Below, piece after piece: positions 44,814-59,008 of a stretch of 64,000 bases of DNA; position 1 is the stretch's first letter, and every line of letters begins with the position of its first letter. This stretch comes from Pseudomonadota bacterium (lineage in GTDB: Bacteria > Pseudomonadota > Gammaproteobacteria > Competibacterales > Competibacteraceae). The stretch lies in assembly GCA_018240295.1 (NCBI GenBank), contig JAFEGB010000326.1, positions 94-64,093 of the forward strand, in the 5' to 3' direction. A program made the translations under genes and the position numbers. Below the pieces are notes generated by a model. The model had not been told where the DNA came from. It made no database searches and saw only the letters and a list, made by a program, of their open reading frames with translations.

Positions 44814-45050
44814 TCAGCCTCCGGTCACCGGCGGAAAGAACGCCAGTTCGTCGCCGCCACGCACCGGCGCGCCGAGGTCGACGTACTCGTGGTTGATCGC
44901 CGCCAGCGTGTTCGGCGGCAGCGGCAGCGCCGGGTTCAGGCGCGACCAGGCTTCGGCGACGGTCAGCGGATCGTCCCCGGGCAGCTCGGCACTGGCACGT
45001 CCGACCCGCTCGCGCAGGCTGGCGAAATACAGGATGCGGATCGCAGGCAT
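44814..45050 (-). CDS. moaD: Molybdopterin synthase sulfur-carrier subunit
   Basis: Track ORF 44814..45059(-); the ATG at 45050 gives MPAIRILYFASLRERVG. Ends ...ELAFFPPVTGG (C-terminal Gly-Gly). 2 nt upstream of moaE. Confidence 0.9.
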   Translation of the reverse strand: MPAIRILYFASLRERVGRASAELPGDDPLTVAEAWSRLNPALPLPPNTLAAINHEYVDLGAPVRGGDELAFFPPVTGG

Positions 45051-45070
45051 CGGCAGCACCTCGACGGGGC

Positions 45071-45652
45071 TCAGGGCTGACTGTCCGGGGCGGCGCTGAG
45101 CTTCAGGTACATCAGCGCCGTCAGCACCGCGTGCGCAAGCGGCGAGCCGCTTTCGAGCGCCGGCAGTTCGAGGTCGCGACGGAGGGTCTCGAAGCGCAGG
45201 TCCAGCGGCCGGTGCGGTGCACGCGGCTGGCGGCGGATGCGCGCATGGTACAGCGCCGAGACCTCGACGGTCGCATTCGGCAGCGGGCAGCCGAGCAGGC
45301 GCTCGATCTGCGGCTCCAGCAGTTCGAGGTCGAAATCGAGCCAGTAGCCGACCACCGGCCGCGGGCCGATGAAGCGCAGCAGCTTCTGCACGGCTTCGAG
45401 CGCACTCAGGCCCTGGCCGTCGCCGTGCTCGGGCCCGGCGATGTCGAGTTGCAGCGCCGAGGAGGTCAGCACGCGGTTGCCGCGGATGCGCACGGCCGCG
45501 AGCGACAGCAGCCTTGCACTGCGCAGGTCGAGCGAGGTCGCCGCGCAGTCGAGGCAGACCAGCTCGCCGGCGGTCCCGCCGGCTTCCTGCATGAAATCGA
45601 ACGCCTCGGGCGGCGCGGCGTGACGGAACGGACGGGCGAGGGCGGCGAGCAT
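45071..45652 (-). CDS. DEDD 3'-5' exonuclease (DNA polymerase III epsilon-like), partner of the DUF294 protein
   Basis: C-terminal 193 codons of track ORF 45071..47143(-). Its ATG at 45652 overlaps the DUF294 stop (TGATG). Motifs: VCLDCAATSLD, VVGYWLDFD, SPLAHAVLTA. Confidence 0.75.
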   Translation of the reverse strand: MLAALARPFRHAAPPEAFDFMQEAGGTAGELVCLDCAATSLDLRSARLLSLAAVRIRGNRVLTSSALQLDIAGPEHGDGQGLSALEAVQKLLRFIGPRPVVGYWLDFDLELLEPQIERLLGCPLPNATVEVSALYHARIRRQPRAPHRPLDLRFETLRRDLELPALESGSPLAHAVLTALMYLKLSAAPDSQP

Positions 45653-47475
45653 CAGGTGACCAGATTCAGCTTGAAGTGGAAGGTGATGAATTTCTTGAAT
45701 TCGTTGACGATCTTGAACGAATCGCGCAGCAGCTCGCGTTCGAGCTTGTTCAGCTCGTTCGGGTTCACGAAGTTGTCCTGCGGCAGGCCGGCCTTCAGCT
45801 TGCGCAGGCCCGTGGTCAGGCGCAGCGTCGACATCATCGTCAGCGCCTCGGTCAGCTCGGCCGCCCGCGCCGGTGTCAGCACGCCCTTGGCTTCCAGCGC
45901 CTCGATGCGCTCCAGCGTGTTGGTCGGCTCCAGGCGGTGTTCGAGCGCGAGGCTGCGCACGCCGTGCGTCAGCGGGAAGATGCCGCCCTTCTTGAGGTCG
46001 AGCTCGTCGCGATGCTGGCCGTCCTTGCCGGTCACGAAGTTCTGGAAGAAGCCGAGCGGGGTCTCGAAGCTGACGGTCGCGCGCGCGAAATGCGCGAAGA
46101 AGCCGGAGTTGCTCTGCAGCTGCTGGTGCAGGTAGCGCTTGGCCTCGTCGAGCAGGGCGGTGTCGCCGGCGACCGGCATCGCGTCGAAGAAGATCGCGAA
46201 GTGCATGAAGCCGTCTTCGCTCGGGCGCTTGATCCAGTTGAAGATCTCGTCCTTGAACGCACCGAGCGGCTTCGTCCAGTACGGGTTCGAGACCATGATG
46301 TTGCCGGGGCAGGGCGGATAGCCGAAGGCCACGAGGGCCTCGGTGAAGGCCTGCGTGATCGCATCGAGCCCGGGATGCGTGTAGCCGTCGCGCAGCAGCA
46401 GCGCGTTGTCCTGATCGGTCTTGAGGATCTGCTCCTCGCGGCCCTCGCTGCCCATGACCACCAGACAGGCGTTGTCGATCAGCTCGGGCGGCGCGATCAG
46501 CGTGAACAGCTTGCCGAGCAGCTTCTTGTTCAGCTCCGACAGCAACTGGCCGATGTAGCGCAGCTTCACGCCCTTGCCGTGCAGCGCCTCGATCACGCGC
46601 GTCAGCTCGTGGCTGGCCTTGGCCAGTTCCTCGCGGCTGCCGGCGCGCTCGATCTGCACGGCGATCAGGTGCGAGTGGTTCGAGAGATAAGACAGCAGGT
46701 CGACCTGTTCGAGCACGCCGCGGATCGCGCCGTCGTGGCGGATCACGACGCGGCTGATGCTGTGGCGGGTCATGGTCAGCAGCGCGTTGAACAGGAAGTC
46801 GTCTTCTTCCAGCGACACCAGACCGTAGGAGGCGATGTCGCCGACCGGCGCATCCGGCGAGCGGCGTTCGATGACGACGGCGTTGCGCAGGTCCGTGCCC
46901 GAGCAGATGCCGATCTCGCCGTCCTCGCGCACGACCAGCAGCGAGGTCGCGCGGTTGTCGCGCATCGCGCGCGCAGCGTCGTGGATCGAGCTTGCGGCCG
47001 TCACCTGCAGCGGCGGGTGGACGTAGGCATCGCCGATCTTGGCGATCATGAAGCCGGCCAGCTCGCCGTGCGTGTCGACCGGGCGGCTGCCGGCGGTGCG
47101 TCCGGCGAGTTCCGCGAACAGCGGATCGGCGAATTCCGGGCATTCGGCGAGCAGGTACAGGAATTCGGCGCGCGGCAGCGCCAGGCAGACCGTGTCCTCG
47201 CGCGCGACGATGCGTCCGGGGCTGCGCCGGCGCAGCAGCGCTTCGAGATCGAAGCAGTCCTCGGGGCCGTAGCGCGCGATGACCTCGCCACCGGCGAGCA
47301 CCTGCACCGAGCCCTGGGTCAGCACATACAGCGAATCGGGCGCTTCCTGCTCGGTCAGCACCGTCTGGTCGCGGCGGAAGAACAGCACATCGACCGCTTC
47401 GGCGACGCGTGCGAGCGTCTCGGCGGGCAGACGATCGAAGGGCGGGATGCGGCTCAGCTGCGGACGCGGTTCCAT
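45652..47475 (-). CDS. Cyclic-nucleotide-binding / tandem-CBS / DUF294 putative nucleotidyltransferase
   Basis: 607 aa. N-terminal cNMP-binding-like domain, two CBS modules, then a DUF294 nucleotidyltransferase core (MGSEGREEQILKTDQDNALL) and a DUF294_C-like tail. Confidence 0.85.
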   Translation of the reverse strand: MEPRPQLSRIPPFDRLPAETLARVAEAVDVLFFRRDQTVLTEQEAPDSLYVLTQGSVQVLAGGEVIARYGPEDCFDLEALLRRRSPGRIVAREDTVCLALPRAEFLYLLAECPEFADPLFAELAGRTAGSRPVDTHGELAGFMIAKIGDAYVHPPLQVTAASSIHDAARAMRDNRATSLLVVREDGEIGICSGTDLRNAVVIERRSPDAPVGDIASYGLVSLEEDDFLFNALLTMTRHSISRVVIRHDGAIRGVLEQVDLLSYLSNHSHLIAVQIERAGSREELAKASHELTRVIEALHGKGVKLRYIGQLLSELNKKLLGKLFTLIAPPELIDNACLVVMGSEGREEQILKTDQDNALLLRDGYTHPGLDAITQAFTEALVAFGYPPCPGNIMVSNPYWTKPLGAFKDEIFNWIKRPSEDGFMHFAIFFDAMPVAGDTALLDEAKRYLHQQLQSNSGFFAHFARATVSFETPLGFFQNFVTGKDGQHRDELDLKKGGIFPLTHGVRSLALEHRLEPTNTLERIEALEAKGVLTPARAAELTEALTMMSTLRLTTGLRKLKAGLPQDNFVNPNELNKLERELLRDSFKIVNEFKKFITFHFKLNLVT

Positions 47476-47490
47476 GACATTTCCGTAATG

Positions 47491-47523
47491 AAAAACCCCG
47501 CCAGTCTAAAAGAGCCGGCGGGG
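47491..47523 (-). terminator. Rho-independent terminator downstream of actP
   Basis: The minus strand reads ccccgcc-(14 nt loop)-ggcgggg followed by TTTTT, 56 nt after the actP stop. Confidence 0.6.
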
Positions 47524-47578
47524 TCCTGGGGAGCGTTCCGGAGCCTTTCGGCCCCGGATGGCTTGACTTGGATCAGGC

Positions 47579-49276
47579 TCAGTGGCCGGAAGCGCCTTCG
47601 GCACCGATGCCGGTCTGGCAGCGCACGTCCTGGGCCTCGAAGCCGAGCAGGTCCTGTTCGGCGCGCTTGCTCTTGTCGGTGACCGAGAACAGCCAGATCG
47701 CGATGAACGCCGACGGGATCGAGATGATCGCCGGGTTGTTCAGCGTGATCAGCGGTGCAGCATTGCCGATGACATCGACCCAGATGGCCTTGGAGATGAC
47801 GGTCAGCACCACCGCGACGGTCAGGCCGATCCAGCCGCCGATCATCGCGCCGCGCGTCGTCATCTTCGACCAGAACACCGACATGATCAGCACCGGGAAG
47901 TTGGCGCTGGCCGCGATCGCGAAGGCCAGACCGACCATGAACGCGACGTTCTGCTTCTCGAAGATGATGCCGAGGACGACGGCGATGACGCCGAGCGTGA
48001 TGGTCGCGCCACGCGAGACCTTCATTTCGGTGACTTCGTCGGAGCGGCCCTTGGCGATGACGCTCGCGTACAGGTCGTGCGAGATCGCCGAGGCACCGGC
48101 CAGCGTCAGGCCCGAGACCACCGCGAGGATGGTCGCGAACGCGACGGCCGAGATGAAGCCGAGGAAGATGTTGCCGCCGACGGCGTTGGCGAGGTGGATC
48201 GCGACCATGTTGGTGCCGCCGTTGAGGCCGCTGATCAGCTTGGCCTTGTCGACGGCGCCGTTGACCAGCGCGTCAGCCTTGTAGAACTCGGGGTGCTGGA
48301 CGAGCAGCACGATCGCCGAGAAGCCGATGATGAAGGTCAGGATGTAGAAGTAGCCGATGAAGCCGGTCGCGTAGAACACCGACTTGCGGGCTTCCTTGGC
48401 GTTCGGCACCGTGAAGAAGCGCATCAGGATGTGCGGCAGGCCGGCGGTGCCGAACATCAGCGCGAGACCCAGCGAGATCGCGTTGATCGGATCGGTGACC
48501 AGACCGCCCGGGCCCATGATCTTGTCGCCCTTCGGGTGACCGGCGACCGCCTGCTTGAACATTTCTTCCGGCGAGAAGCCGAAGTGCGACAGGGCTGCCA
48601 GCGCCATGAACGTGGCACCGGAGAGCAGCAGCACGGCCTTGATGATCTGCACCCAGGTGGTTGCGGTCATGCCGCCGAACACCACGTAGATCAGCATCAG
48701 CACGCCGACGCCGACGACGGCGAGGTTGTAATCGAGACCGAACAGGATCTGGATCAGCTTGCCGGCACCGACCATCTGCGCGATCAGGTAGAACGCGACG
48801 ACGACCAGCGACGAGAAAGCGGCCATCGTGCGGATTTCGGTCTGGCCGAAACGGTACGAGGCCACGTCCGCGAACGTGAACTTGCCGAGATTGCGCAGCT
48901 GTTCGGCCATCACGAACATGATGATCGGCCAGCCGACGAGGAAGCCGATCGAATAGATCAGGCCGTCATAGCCGGACGAGAACACCAGACCCGAAATACC
49001 GAGGAACGAGGCCGCCGACATGTAATCGCCGGCAATCGCGAGGCCGTTCTGGAAACCGGTGATGCCGCCGCCGCCGGTGTAGAAGTCCTTGGCGGTCTTG
49101 GTGCGCGAGGCCGCCCAGTAGGTGATGCCCATCGTCGCGGCCACGAAGGCCAGGAACATCACGATGGCGGTGACGTTGATCGCCTGTTTCTCGACCGGGC
49201 CCTTGACGGCATCGGCAAAGGCGGGCAGTGCGAGGAACAGCGAGGCGAACAGGCTGGCAGGGAGGAGCTTCTTCAT
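47579..49276 (-). CDS. actP: Cation/acetate symporter ActP (SSS family)
   Basis: Track ORF 47579..49279(-). The ATG at 49276 overlaps the yjcH stop. Near-collinear with E. coli ActP as I remember it: [65 protein letters not shown]. Confidence 0.95.
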   Translation of the reverse strand: MKKLLPASLFASLFLALPAFADAVKGPVEKQAINVTAIVMFLAFVAATMGITYWAASRTKTAKDFYTGGGGITGFQNGLAIAGDYMSAASFLGISGLVFSSGYDGLIYSIGFLVGWPIIMFVMAEQLRNLGKFTFADVASYRFGQTEIRTMAAFSSLVVVAFYLIAQMVGAGKLIQILFGLDYNLAVVGVGVLMLIYVVFGGMTATTWVQIIKAVLLLSGATFMALAALSHFGFSPEEMFKQAVAGHPKGDKIMGPGGLVTDPINAISLGLALMFGTAGLPHILMRFFTVPNAKEARKSVFYATGFIGYFYILTFIIGFSAIVLLVQHPEFYKADALVNGAVDKAKLISGLNGGTNMVAIHLANAVGGNIFLGFISAVAFATILAVVSGLTLAGASAISHDLYASVIAKGRSDEVTEMKVSRGATITLGVIAVVLGIIFEKQNVAFMVGLAFAIAASANFPVLIMSVFWSKMTTRGAMIGGWIGLTVAVVLTVISKAIWVDVIGNAAPLITLNNPAIISIPSAFIAIWLFSVTDKSKRAEQDLLGFEAQDVRCQTGIGAEGASGH

Positions 49277-49584
49277 CACTTGACCGCCTCGACGATTTCG
49301 TGGGTCAGACGGTCGAACTCGGAGTTCGCGCGCGCGACGTAGATACCGGTCAGCAGGAACGCCGAGACGATGATCGCAACGCCGAGCGGCATGCCGATGC
49401 TCATCGTGGCACCGGCACCGACTTTCGCAGCGAGCGAGGTCGGTGAATAGGCGATCACGAGAATGAAGCCGTAGTAGATGACCAGCATCACGACCGCAAG
49501 CGTCCAGCCAAATGCGGAGCGCTTGGCGACGAGATCGTGATATTTCGGATTGCTCTTAACCTGTCGGACGACATCGGGTTGCAT
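49276..49584 (-). CDS. yjcH: DUF485 inner-membrane protein (YjcH-like)
   Basis: 102 aa with two TM helices. Motif [20 protein letters not shown]. Immediately upstream of actP, as in enterobacteria. Confidence 0.85.
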   Translation of the reverse strand: MQPDVVRQVKSNPKYHDLVAKRSAFGWTLAVVMLVIYYGFILVIAYSPTSLAAKVGAGATMSIGMPLGVAIIVSAFLLTGIYVARANSEFDRLTHEIVEAVK

Positions 49585-49802
49585 GGCGCATTCCTTATTT
49601 ATGGCTCTGATTCAGAAAGTCGCTCTCCGGCCCGTCCGCACCGTTTCGCATCCGACCTCCTGGATGCGGCGGCACTCATCTTCCTGATTTTCGTTGCAGA
49701 TCAGGATAGTGAGATGACGGTCTGGGCCGCCGCGGAGTTTGACCGAACGCAGGGGGGGAAGTAAAGGCCGGTGACGTTTACGTCAACTTGCGGTCGGGCC
49801 GC

Positions 49803-53216
<3,414 letters not shown>

Positions 53217-53340
53217 GTTCGTCCGTGTCCCCGGGCAGTCGGGCGCGGCTGCGTCCGGCCCCGTGGCCGGCACCGCGCGCCCGGCGGTCGATGCATCTTA
53301 GCGTCGCCGCCCGCGGCCTGCCCGCGGGCGGACCGGCACT

Positions 53341-56166
53341 TCAGGCGCCCGGGCGCAGCACGACGCGCAGCGCGTCGAAGCGCGGGCGGGCGGCGGCGAG
53401 GTGCGTGTACAGCTCGGCGACGCGCGTTTCGGCGAATTCGATCTCGGCGGCGCGCACGCTCGGGTTGACGGCGGCGAGCGCGCGCAGGCGCTCGACCTCG
53501 GGCGTCAGCGTCGCCTGCATGCGGGCCTGCGCGGCCTTGATCGTCTGCTCGGCGAGCCGGCCGACCGCGACGGCGGCGGCATCGAGCATGCGCCGCAGCC
53601 GCCGGTCGGCGAGGCGCTCGCGCACGGCCGCGGCCGGCACATCGGTACAGCCGCTGCCGATGACGGCGGCCGGCCAGTGCTCGCCCGCGTCGCGCAGGTG
53701 CGGATCGATGACCACGCGCAGCGGCAGCGGCGGCAGGAAGCGGTCGGCCTGCAGCGCCGGCGGCGCCACGCATTCGAGCACGTACACGGCTTCGAGCAGC
53801 AGCTCCGGGGCTTCGTCCGGCGGCTCGCGCCAGGCGACCAGCGCGCAGTTGCCGTCGACGGCGCCGGCGAGCAGGTCGAGCGCGCCGACGACCAGCGGAT
53901 GATCCGGGCTCAGGAAGTCGACATCCTCGCGCGCGAGCGCCAGCCCCCGCTCGAAGGTGACCGCCAGCCCTTCCTCGGGCAGGGTCGGGAACTGCGCGGT
54001 CAGCATCTGCTCGCCGGTGCGCAGCACCAGCGTGCCGTCCTCGTGTGCCTCGGCATCGACGCCGTAGTGATCGAACAGCCGTTCGAGCAGCGCCGGCAGC
54101 GCCGGGTCGGCATCCTGGGCGCGGATGCGTTCGACCAGTTCGAGTGCCGGGCCCTCGCGAAACGACGACAGCTCCAGCAGCCGGTCGCGACCGCGTTCGA
54201 GTTCGCTGCCGAGTTCGGCATTGAGCCGGGCGCTGTGCGCGATCAGCGCTTCGGCATCGCCGTGGCCGGCGAGCGCGGCCTCGAGTTCGGGGCGCACGCG
54301 CCGGTACACGGCCTCGGCGGCGCGGGCGTGACGGGCGAAGGCATCGAGGCCTTCGGCGTACCAGCGGTACAGGATTTCCTGCGCCGTGGCGCGCAGCCAG
54401 GGCAGGTGGATGCGGATGTCCTCGGTCTGGCCGATGCGGTCGAGCCGGCCGATGCGCTGTTCGAGCAGGTCGGGGTTCTCGGGCAGGTCGAACAGGAACA
54501 GGTGGTGCGCGAACTGGAAGTTGCGGCCTTCGCTGCCGATCTCCGAGCAGAGCAGCACGCGCGCACCGGCCGGATCGGCGAACCAGGCGGCGGCGCGATC
54601 GCGCGCGAGCAGCGGCATGTCCTCGTGAAACAGCGCCGCCGGCACGCCGCTCTTCACGCGCAGCGCCTCGTCGAGTTCGAGCACGGTCGCCTTGTGCGCG
54701 CAGATCAGCAGCACCTTGTCGCCGGCTGCGAGCAGCTCGATCAGCGCATCGACGCGCGGATCGAAACGCCACCAGGCCGGCGCATCGGCCCCGGGTCGGT
54801 ACGCCCGCTCGGGGGCAAGCCCGACTCCGTCACCGTCACCGTCGCGGTAGGCGGGCGGGCAGTCGAGCGCGAGCGGCAGCGGCACGCGGCGCGGGAAGTT
54901 CGGCATCGCCGCGCGCGTGTTGCGAAACAGCACGCGGCCGGTGCCGTGGCGATCGAGCAGCTCGACGATCAGCCGCGCGCGTGCGGCGTCGCCGTCGGTC
55001 CCGGGCAGCGACAGGCGTTCGAGCATCAGGTCGCCGGTCTCGGGCCCGAGACAGGCGCCGAGTTCATCGAGATCGGCCTGGTCGAGCGGCCGGTAGGCGA
55101 GCAGGTCATCGACGATGCGCGCGACCTTGCGGTAGGCGAGTGCCTCGTGCCGGAAGCGGTCGAGGTCCGGGAAGCGCTCGGGGTCGAGCAGGCGCAGGCG
55201 CGCGTAGTGGCCGTTCGGACCGAGCTGCTCGGGGGTGGCGGTCAGCAGCAGCAGGCCTTGTGCATGTGCGGCGAGGCGTTCGATCGCCGTGTACTCGGGG
55301 CTCGGGGCGCCCGGTTCCCAGGCGAGGTGATGCGCCTCGTCGACGATCAGCAGGTCCCAGCCGGCTTCGAGTGCCTGCGTCTGACGGCGCTCGCGCCCGA
55401 CCAGCCAGTCGCGGCCGCAGAGCACCAGCTGTTCGGCCAGGAAGGGGTTGTCGAGGCCCTCGCGTTCGAGTTCGAGGCAGCGCTCCTCGTCGTAGACCGC
55501 GCAGCCGAGCTGGAAGCGCCGGCGCAGTTCGAGGAACCACTGGTGGATCAGCGGTTCGGGCACGACGATCAGCGCCCGGCCGGCGCGCCCGGTCACGAGC
55601 TGGCGGTGCAGGATCAGGCCGGCCTCGACGGTCTTGCCGAGGCCGACCTCGTCGGCGAGCAGCACGCGCGGTGCGTAGCGGCCGGCGACCTCGTGCGCGA
55701 TCCAGAGCTGGTGCGCGAGCAGGTCGATGCGCGCACCGGCGAGGCCGCGCAGTTCCGAGGCGCGCGCCTGCGCGGCCCAGGCCAGCGCGTCGCAGCGCAG
55801 CGTGAACAGGCGCTGGGCGTCGGTCTGGTTGGCGAACAGCCGCTCCTGCGGCTTGCTGAAGCTGATGAAGTTCGACAGCCCGGTCTCGGGCAGCACGCGG
55901 CCGTCGCGCCCGACGTAGGCGAACAGCCCGCGCTCTTCGAGCACCTCCTCGACCTGCAGCGTCCAGCCCTCGTGGCTCTGCACCGTATCCCCGGGCTGGA
56001 AGCGCACGCGCGTCAGCGGCGCGCCCTGGCGCGCGTAGACGCGGGTTTCGCCGCTGCCGTGGAACAGCAGCGTCACGCGCCGGGCATCGCCCGACAGCAC
56101 CATGCCCAGGCCCAGTTCCGGTTCGGTTTCGCTGATCCAGCGGCTGCCGCCGACGAAGTCGTTCAA
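53341..56166 (-). CDS. rapA: RNA polymerase-associated SWI2/SNF2 ATPase RapA (HepA)
   Basis: 941 aa. Apparent TTG start preceded by AGGAGTGA. RWISETEPELGLGMVL N-terminus as in RapA. Helicase motifs: LLADEVGLGKT, DEAHHL, LLLTATP, and a C-terminal helicase block. Confidence 0.9.
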   Translation of the reverse strand: MNDFVGGSRWISETEPELGLGMVLSGDARRVTLLFHGSGETRVYARQGAPLTRVRFQPGDTVQSHEGWTLQVEEVLEERGLFAYVGRDGRVLPETGLSNFISFSKPQERLFANQTDAQRLFTLRCDALAWAAQARASELRGLAGARIDLLAHQLWIAHEVAGRYAPRVLLADEVGLGKTVEAGLILHRQLVTGRAGRALIVVPEPLIHQWFLELRRRFQLGCAVYDEERCLELEREGLDNPFLAEQLVLCGRDWLVGRERRQTQALEAGWDLLIVDEAHHLAWEPGAPSPEYTAIERLAAHAQGLLLLTATPEQLGPNGHYARLRLLDPERFPDLDRFRHEALAYRKVARIVDDLLAYRPLDQADLDELGACLGPETGDLMLERLSLPGTDGDAARARLIVELLDRHGTGRVLFRNTRAAMPNFPRRVPLPLALDCPPAYRDGDGDGVGLAPERAYRPGADAPAWWRFDPRVDALIELLAAGDKVLLICAHKATVLELDEALRVKSGVPAALFHEDMPLLARDRAAAWFADPAGARVLLCSEIGSEGRNFQFAHHLFLFDLPENPDLLEQRIGRLDRIGQTEDIRIHLPWLRATAQEILYRWYAEGLDAFARHARAAEAVYRRVRPELEAALAGHGDAEALIAHSARLNAELGSELERGRDRLLELSSFREGPALELVERIRAQDADPALPALLERLFDHYGVDAEAHEDGTLVLRTGEQMLTAQFPTLPEEGLAVTFERGLALAREDVDFLSPDHPLVVGALDLLAGAVDGNCALVAWREPPDEAPELLLEAVYVLECVAPPALQADRFLPPLPLRVVIDPHLRDAGEHWPAAVIGSGCTDVPAAAVRERLADRRLRRMLDAAAVAVGRLAEQTIKAAQARMQATLTPEVERLRALAAVNPSVRAAEIEFAETRVAELYTHLAAARPRFDALRVVLRPGA

Positions 56167-56315
56167 GTCCGCTCACTCCTGGCGCATGAAAAGGCGGCGG
56201 ATGATAACGCCGTGCCGCCCGTGACTCGACCGCCGGCCGGTTAGCGACTACATCAGAGGGCTTGCCCAGCCGCAGCATTGCGCCACCCCGCCTGCCGCAT
56301 GCCGGAGTCCGTCCG

Positions 56316-57224
56316 ATGCGCCTGACCCTCGATGCCCTCGCCGTGCTCGATGCCATCGCCCGCCGCGGCAGCTTCGCGGCCGCTGCCGATGAGCTGCACC
56401 GCGTGCCCTCGGCGATCACCTACACCGTGCACAAGCTCGAACAGGATCTCGACGTGCAGGTGTTCGACCGCAGCGGCCACCGCGCGCGCCTGACCCCGGT
56501 CGGCGAAACCCTGCTCGCCGAGGGGCGTCATCTGCTGCGCGCCGCCGGCGAGCTCGAATGCCTGGTGCGGCGCGTCGCCACCGGCTGGGAGGCGGAGCTG
56601 TCGATCGCGCTCAGCGCGCTGCTGCCGCTCACGCCGCTGCTGCCGCTGGTCGAGGCCTTCGATCGCGAGACCCCCGGCACGCGCCTGCGTCTGGGCACCG
56701 AGGTGCTCGGCGGCGTCTGGGATGCGCTGGTCACCGGCCGCGCCGATCTGGCGATCGGCGCAAGCGGCGACGGGCCGGTCGGCGGTGGCTACGCGAGCCG
56801 TGCCCTCGGCACGATCGGCTTCGTGTTCGTGTGCGCGCCGCAGCATCCGCTGGCCCGCAGCGAGGTGCCGCTCGGCGAGGAGACCATCCTGGCCAGCCGC
56901 GCGATCGCCGTCGCCGACAGCTCGCGGGTGCTGGCCCCGCGCACGGCGGCGCTGCTCAGCGGCCAGCCGGTGCTGACCGTGCCGAGCATGGAGGCCAAGA
57001 TCGACGCGCATCGCGCCGGGCTCGGCGTCGGCTACGTGCCGCGCGCCTGGGTGCGCGAGGACCTCGCCGCCGGCCGGCTGTGCGAGTGTGCGGTCGAGCA
57101 TCCGCTGCCGCCGGCACCGCTGTATCTCGCCTGGCGCACCGGCAACGGCGGGCGCGGCCTGAAGTGGTTCCTGCGGGCGCTGGAGGAACTCGCGCCGTGG
57201 CGCGACTGGCTCGATGCCGAATGA
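56316..57224 (+). CDS. LysR-family transcriptional regulator
   Basis: Track ORF 56262..57224(+) trimmed to the ATG at 56316 (GGAG Shine-Dalgarno). MRLTLDALAVLDAIARRGSFAAAADELHRVPSAITYTVHKLE. Confidence 0.85.
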   Translation: MRLTLDALAVLDAIARRGSFAAAADELHRVPSAITYTVHKLEQDLDVQVFDRSGHRARLTPVGETLLAEGRHLLRAAGELECLVRRVATGWEAELSIALSALLPLTPLLPLVEAFDRETPGTRLRLGTEVLGGVWDALVTGRADLAIGASGDGPVGGGYASRALGTIGFVFVCAPQHPLARSEVPLGEETILASRAIAVADSSRVLAPRTAALLSGQPVLTVPSMEAKIDAHRAGLGVGYVPRAWVREDLAAGRLCECAVEHPLPPAPLYLAWRTGNGGRGLKWFLRALEELAPWRDWLDAE

Positions 57225-57275
57225 TGGTCGTGGCCGGACGCGCTAACCTCAAGCTCCCGTCCGCCCCTTCATGCT

Positions 57276-58748
<1,473 letters not shown>

Positions 58749-58800
58749 ATCCGCGGCGGCGGCTGCGCCAAAGCGGGGCGACGCAAGGAATTTGCACGTT

Positions 58801-58823
58801 ACCGTTCCAATCACCGTTCCAAT
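58801..58823 (+). repeat. Tandem direct repeat accgttccaat x2 (period 12) abutting the -24 element
   Basis: Copies at 58801-58811 and 58813-58823. The last T is the first base of TGGCGT. Confidence 0.7.
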
Positions 58824-58838
58824 GGCGTGCGTCTTGCT
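58823..58838 (+). promoter_or_regulatory. Sigma-54 promoter (TGGCGT-N5-TTGCT) upstream of the reductase gene
   Basis: TGGCGTGCGTCTTGCT has exact -24 GG / -12 GC spacing. It lies 75 nt after the activator gene and 171 nt before the ATG at 59009. Confidence 0.65.
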
Positions 58839-59008
58839 CCAGCATACGCGCCTTCCCGCCGGTGGCCGCGCATCTGCTTGTAAATGCGGCCCTGACGGGG
58901 GATCGGGCGCCACGATGGTGCGACGCAGCACCATTGTGGTGACACTTCGTCCCGCGGTGACCGGCCCCCGCTGGTACACCGCATCATGAACAGTCTACGG
59001 GGGATGCA

